In this document: one piece after another, positions 59,301 to 64,000 of the stretch
Numbering within the stretch: the first letter of the stretch is position 1
Layout: each line of letters starts with the position of its first letter
Assembly: GCA_009914755.4 (NCBI GenBank)
Contig: CP086569.2
Coordinates: forward strand, 11,456,001-11,520,000
Origin: the human T2T-CHM13v2.0 reference genome, Homo sapiens
DNA length: 64,000 bases
Reading direction: 5' to 3'
The notes under the pieces: model-generated
Seen by the model: the letters and a program-made list of their open reading frames with translations, nothing else
Told to the model about the DNA's origin: nothing
The model's database searches: none
Translations under genes and position numbers: made by a program

Positions 59301-62000
59301 CACCCAGACTGGAGTGCAGTGGCACAATCTTAGCTCACATTTAATTTCTCCATTCCATTCCATTCCATTCCATTCCATTCCATTCCATTCCATTCCATTC
59401 CATTCCATTCAACCCCATTCTATTCCATTCTATTCCATTCCACCCCATTCCATTCCATTCCCTTCTTTCGATGGGATATCACTGTGTCAAAAATGGCTGG
59501 AATACAGGGGCAAAATCTCAGCTCACATTTCATTTCACCATTCCATTTTTTCTTTCCTTTCCATTCCATTCCATCCCACTACACTCAATTCCACTCCACT
59601 CCCCTCCCCTCCCCCATTCCATTCCATTCCATCCCATTCCATTTCACTCCATTTCTCTCCACTCCACTCCCGTCCACTCCACTCCCCTCCACTCCATTCC
59701 TTCCACTCCATCCCATTCCATTCCATTCCATTCTATTCCACTCCACTCCACTCCACTCCACTCCACCCCATCCCATCCCATTCTATTCCATTCCATTCCA
59801 TTCCATTCCATTCCATTCCATTCCATTCCACTCCATTGCATTCCATTCCTCTCTTTCGAGAGGATCTCACTCTGTCACCCAGGCTGGAGTGCAGTGGCAG
59901 TATCTCAGCTCACATTTCAATTCACCATTCCATTCCATTGCATTCCATTCCATTCCATTGCATTCCATTGCATTTAATTCCATTGCATTCCATTCCATTG
60001 CAATGCATTCAATTCTATTCCATCCCATTTCATTCCACTCCTGCGAACTCCACTCAACTCCACTCCACTCCATTCCATTCCATTCTATTCCATTCCATTC
60101 CATTCCATTCCATTCCATTCCATTCCATTCCATTCCTTACCATACCATACCGTTCCATTACACTCCACTCCACTCCACTTCACTCCACTCCATCCCATTC
60201 CATCCCATTCCATTCCACTCCATTCCAATATAATGCACTCCACTCCGCTCCATTCCATTCCATTCCATTCCACACCTGTCCATTCCATTCCTTTCTTTTG
60301 ACAATATTTCACTCTGTCACACTGGCTGGAGTGTAGTGTTACAATCTCAACTCATATTTCATTTCATCATTCCATTCTATTCCGTTACATTCCTTTCCAT
60401 TCTATTCATTTCCATTCCACTATATTCCATTCCACTCCACTCCACTTGGCTCCACTTCATTCAATTTCATTCCGTTCCACTCCACTCTACTCCACTCCTC
60501 TCCACTCCACTACATTCAATTCCATCCAATTCCATACCACTCCACTCCCCTCCATTTCATTCCATTCGATTCCATCCCATTCCATTCCATTCTACTCCAC
60601 TCCCATCCACTCCTATCCACTCCCTTCCATTCCATTCCTCTCCACTCCATTCCATTCCACTTCACTCCTATCCACTCCACTACATTCCAATCCATTCCAC
60701 TCCAATCCATTCCATTCCTTACATTCCACACTATGTCACTCTGTTACCCATTCTGGAATACAGTGGCATAATCTCAGCTTACATTTCATTTCGCTAATCC
60801 ATTCCATTCCATTCCACTCTATTCCACTGCACTCCACTCCACTCCTTTCATTCCATTCCATTCCACTCGACTCCATTCCACTCTCTGCCACTCCATTCCA
60901 CAGCACTCCATTCCATTACAGTCCATCCCATTCCATTCCACTCCACACCACTCCACTCCACACCACTCCACTCCAATCCATTCCATTCCATTTCTTTCTT
61001 TCAACAGCATCTCACTCTGTCACCCAGGCTGGCGTGCAGTGGCACAAATTCAGCTCACATTTCATTTCACCATTCCATTCCATTCTATTCCATTGCATTC
61101 CATTCCTTTGCATTCCATTCCATTGCATTCCATTCCATTCTATTCTGCTCCATTCTATTCCACTCGACTCTATTCCACTCTCCGCCACTCCAGTCCACTC
61201 CACTCCACTCGATGGCATTCCATTCCATCCCATTTAATTCCACTACAATCCACTCTACTCCTCTCCAATCAACTCCACTACACCATAATCCATTCCATTC
61301 CATTCCATCACATTCCATTCCACTCCATTCCACTCTACTTCATTCCACTCCACCACATTCCATTCAACTCCACTCCACTCCAGTCCATTCCACTCCACTC
61401 CACTCCATTCCACTCCGTTTCACTCAACTCCAATCCACTCCACTGCTTCCGATTACAATTCTTTCTTTTGACAGGATCTCCCTCTGTCCCACAGGTTTTT
61501 ATGCAGTGGCACAATCTCATCACCCATTCCAGTCCATTCCATTCCATTCCATTTCATTCACCTCAAATCCACTCCAGTCCACTCCACTCCCTTCCACTCC
61601 ACTGCATGCCACTCCGTTCCATTCCATTCCACTCCACACCACTCCACTGCTCTCCAATCCACTCCAATCCATTCCACTCCAGTCCATTCCAATCCATTCC
61701 ACTCTACGCCATAACATTAAGCTCCACTCCACTCCATTCCATTCCACCACACTCCACCCCATTCCATTCCACTTGATTCCATTCCACTGCACTCCATTCC
61801 ACCCCCATCCACTCCATTCCAGTCCACTCCACTCAACTCCATTCCATTCCACACCAATCCGTTCCACTCCATTTCACTCCACTCCACTCCACTGCAATCC
61901 ACTCCACTCCATCCCAGTCCACTCCTTTCTTTCCAGAGGATCTCCCTCTGTCACACAGTCTGTAGCACAGTGACACGATCTCACCACCGATTCCATTCCA
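56395..62000. repeat. HSat3 sub-block A: diverged CATTC/CACTC pentamers with 16 embedded copies of an Alu-derived ~50-75 bp segment, 'ttctttcgacaggatctcactctgtcacccaggctggagtgcagtggcacaatctcagctcacatttcatttcacc' and variants.
   Basis: Copies begin near 56418, 56700, 57072, 57453, 58055, 58620, 58888, 59090, 59295, 59480, 59868, 60310, 60733, 61008, 61475 and 61945, with irregular spacing of roughly 185-600 bp. Confidence 0.85.
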
Positions 62001-62049
62001 TTCCATTCCATTCCATTCCATTCCATTCCATTCCATTCCATTCCATTCC

Positions 62050-64000
62050 ATTCCATTCAAATACACTCCTTGCCACTACATTCCTTTGCATCCGATTCCA
62101 TTCGAATCCATTCCACTCCACTCCACTCCATTCAATTCCACTCCACTCCACTCCATTTCATTCCACTTGAGTCCATCCACTCCTCTTCACTCTATTCCAC
62201 TCCACGCCACTGCATTCCACTCCACACCACTGCATTCCACTCCACTCCACTCCATTCCATTCCACTCCACTCCATTCCATTCCATTCCAGTCCAGACCAT
62301 TCCACTCCATTCCACTAAATTCCACCCCACTTTATGCCATTCCATTCCACTGCAATCCATTGCACTCCTCTCCACTACTCTCCACTCCTCTGCACTCCAT
62401 TCCACTCCATTCCACTCCACTTCTTTCAACTCCACTCATCTCCATTCCAATTCATTCCATTCCATTCCACTGCACTACATTCCACTGAATTCCACTCCAC
62501 TCCACTCCTCCTTTTCATTCCATTCCATTCCATTGCATTCCATTCCATTCCATTCCATTCCATTCCATTCCATTCCATTCCATTCCATTCCGCTCAGGTT
62601 GATTCAATTGCATTCTATTGCATTCTATTCTATTGCATTCAATTCCATTCCATTGCATTGCATTCCCCTCCCATTCATTCAATTAGAGTCTATTCCATTC
62701 CATTCCTTTCCATTCCATTCCATTCCAATGTGGTTGATTCAATTCCACTCTCTTCCATTCCATTCCATTTCATTCCATTCCATTCCATTCCATTCCATTC
62801 CATTCCATTCCATTCCATTCCATTCCATTCCACTCGGGTTCACTCAATTCCATTCTATTCCAATCCATTCCATTCCATTCCATTCCATTCCATTCCATTC
62901 CATTCCATTCCATTCCATTCCATTCAGTTTGATTCCATTTCATTCCATTCCTTTCCTTTCCATTGCATTCCATTCCATTCCATTCCATTCCATTCCATTC
63001 CATTCCATTCCATTCCATTCCATTCCATTCCATTCCACTCGGGTTGATTCCATTCCTTTCCTATCCATTCTATTTCATGCCATTCCACTCGGGTTGATTC
63101 AATTCCATTGTATTCCATTCCATTCCATTCCATTCCATTCCATTCCATTCCATTCCATTCCATTCCATTCCACTCGGTTTCATTCAATTCCTTTCCATTT
63201 GTTCCATTCAATTCTGTTCAATTCAATTCCATTCCATTCCTTTCCACTCGGAGTGATTCAATTCCATTCTATTCCTTTTAATTCCATTCCATTCCATTCC
63301 ATTCCATTCCATTCCATTCCATTCCATTCCATTCCATTCCATTCCATTCTATTCCATTCCATTCCATTCCATTCCTTTCCACTCTGGTTTATTCAATTCC
63401 ATTCTATGAAATTCCATTCCATTCCATTCCATTATATTCCATTTCCTTCCATTCCAATCCATACCACTATTGTTGATTCAATTCCATTCTATTCCATTCC
63501 ATTCCACTCCATTCCATTCCATTCCATTCCATTCCATTCCATTCCATTCCATTCCATTCCATTCCAATCCATTCCATTCCATTCCACTCCACTTGTTGAT
63601 TCAATTCCATTCTTTTCCATTCCATTGAATTCCATTAAATTGCATTCCACTCCATTGCATTCCATTCCACTCCACTCGGGTAGATTCAATTCCATTGCAT
63701 TCCATTGCATTGCATTCCATTCCTTTCCATTCCATTCCATTCCATTCTATTCCATTCCATTCTACTCTTTTTCCTTTCCATTCCTTTCCATAGCATTCCA
63801 TTCCATTCCATTCTATTCCATTCCATTCTATTCCACTTGTGTTGATTCAAATCCATTCCATTCCATGGCAATCCATTCCATTCCATTCCTTTCCTTTCCA
63901 TTCCATTCCATTCCATTCCATTCCATTCCATTCCATTCCATTCCATTCCATTCCGCTCGAGGTGATTCAATTAAATTCTTTTCCATTCTATTCTATTCCG
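62050..64000. repeat. HSat3 sub-block B: purer (CATTC)n runs of 50-90 bp alternating with a 'cc(a/g)ctcgggttgattcaattcc' element (the classical Sat III CAACCCGAGT motif on the other strand). There are no Alu-derived inserts.
   Basis: Motif copies near 62590, 62740, 62830, 62925, 63040, 63090, 63173, 63245, 63380, 63465, 63590, 63675, 63835 and 63955. Confidence 0.85.

Larger units (their letters stand above)
56204..64000. repeat. Satellite III / HSat3-type pentameric satellite: (CATTC)n on the plus strand, equal to (GGAAT)n on the minus strand. It continues to the window end.
   Basis: Uninterrupted and diverged 'cattc' / 'cactc' pentamers for 7.8 kb. The distal part contains the classical Sat III 10-mer, seen as 'actcgggttg(attc)', which is the reverse complement of CAACCCGAGT. 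Confidence 0.95.

Noticed and set aside
56153-63970. Very long ORFs (up to 500 aa; 56722-58002 at 426 aa, 57147-58649 at 500 aa, 58915-60336 at 473 aa) on both strands, with highly repetitive 'HSIPF' / 'MEWNG' peptide repeats.
   Set aside because: These are reading-frame artefacts of the CATTC/GGAAT pentamer. Three frames of CATTC (HSIPF...) and of GAATG (MEWNG...) contain no stop codons. They overlap on both strands and in multiple frames simultaneously, and there is no start context and no domain. They are not genes.

Overview
This window is human or great-ape genomic DNA and is dominated by repeats; I find no convincing protein-coding exon and no CpG island. Alu (primate-specific SINE) and L1PA-type LINEs are scattered throughout, which is the basis for the primate call.

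From left to right:
- 1-7000: two Alus, then a block of two adjacent HERV-K-like (betaretrovirus-type endogenous retrovirus) elements, both on the minus strand. Together they carry gag, dUTPase, protease, a partly deleted RT, RNase H and the integrase C-terminus, plus a second truncated gag that has its own tRNA-Lys primer-binding site and a partial LTR.
- 7000-8050: an older L1 open reading frame 2 (ORF2) fragment.
- 8.5-33 kb: AT-rich, repeat-poor DNA with a few Alus, L1 3'-end fragments and microsatellites.
- 33.4-39.5 kb: a full-length but disabled 6.1 kb L1PA element on the minus strand.
- 39.5-56 kb: more Alu and L1 fragments, a 36-bp perfect tandem duplication and a roughly 150-bp local duplication.
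- 56204-64000: an abrupt switch to a CATTC/(GGAAT)n pentameric satellite of the Satellite III (HSat3) type, running to the window edge. Its proximal 5.7 kb is a diverged pentamer array carrying 16 dispersed copies of a roughly 50-75 bp Alu-derived fragment. Its distal 2 kb is a purer array punctuated by the classical Sat III 'CAACCCGAGT'-type motif.

All the long ORFs in the supplied track that lie inside the satellite are stop-free-frame artefacts. The window looks like the edge of a pericentromeric or heterochromatic HSat3 block. I see no evidence of a novel biological system beyond this repeat architecture, but several structural observations may be worth checking against a T2T assembly.
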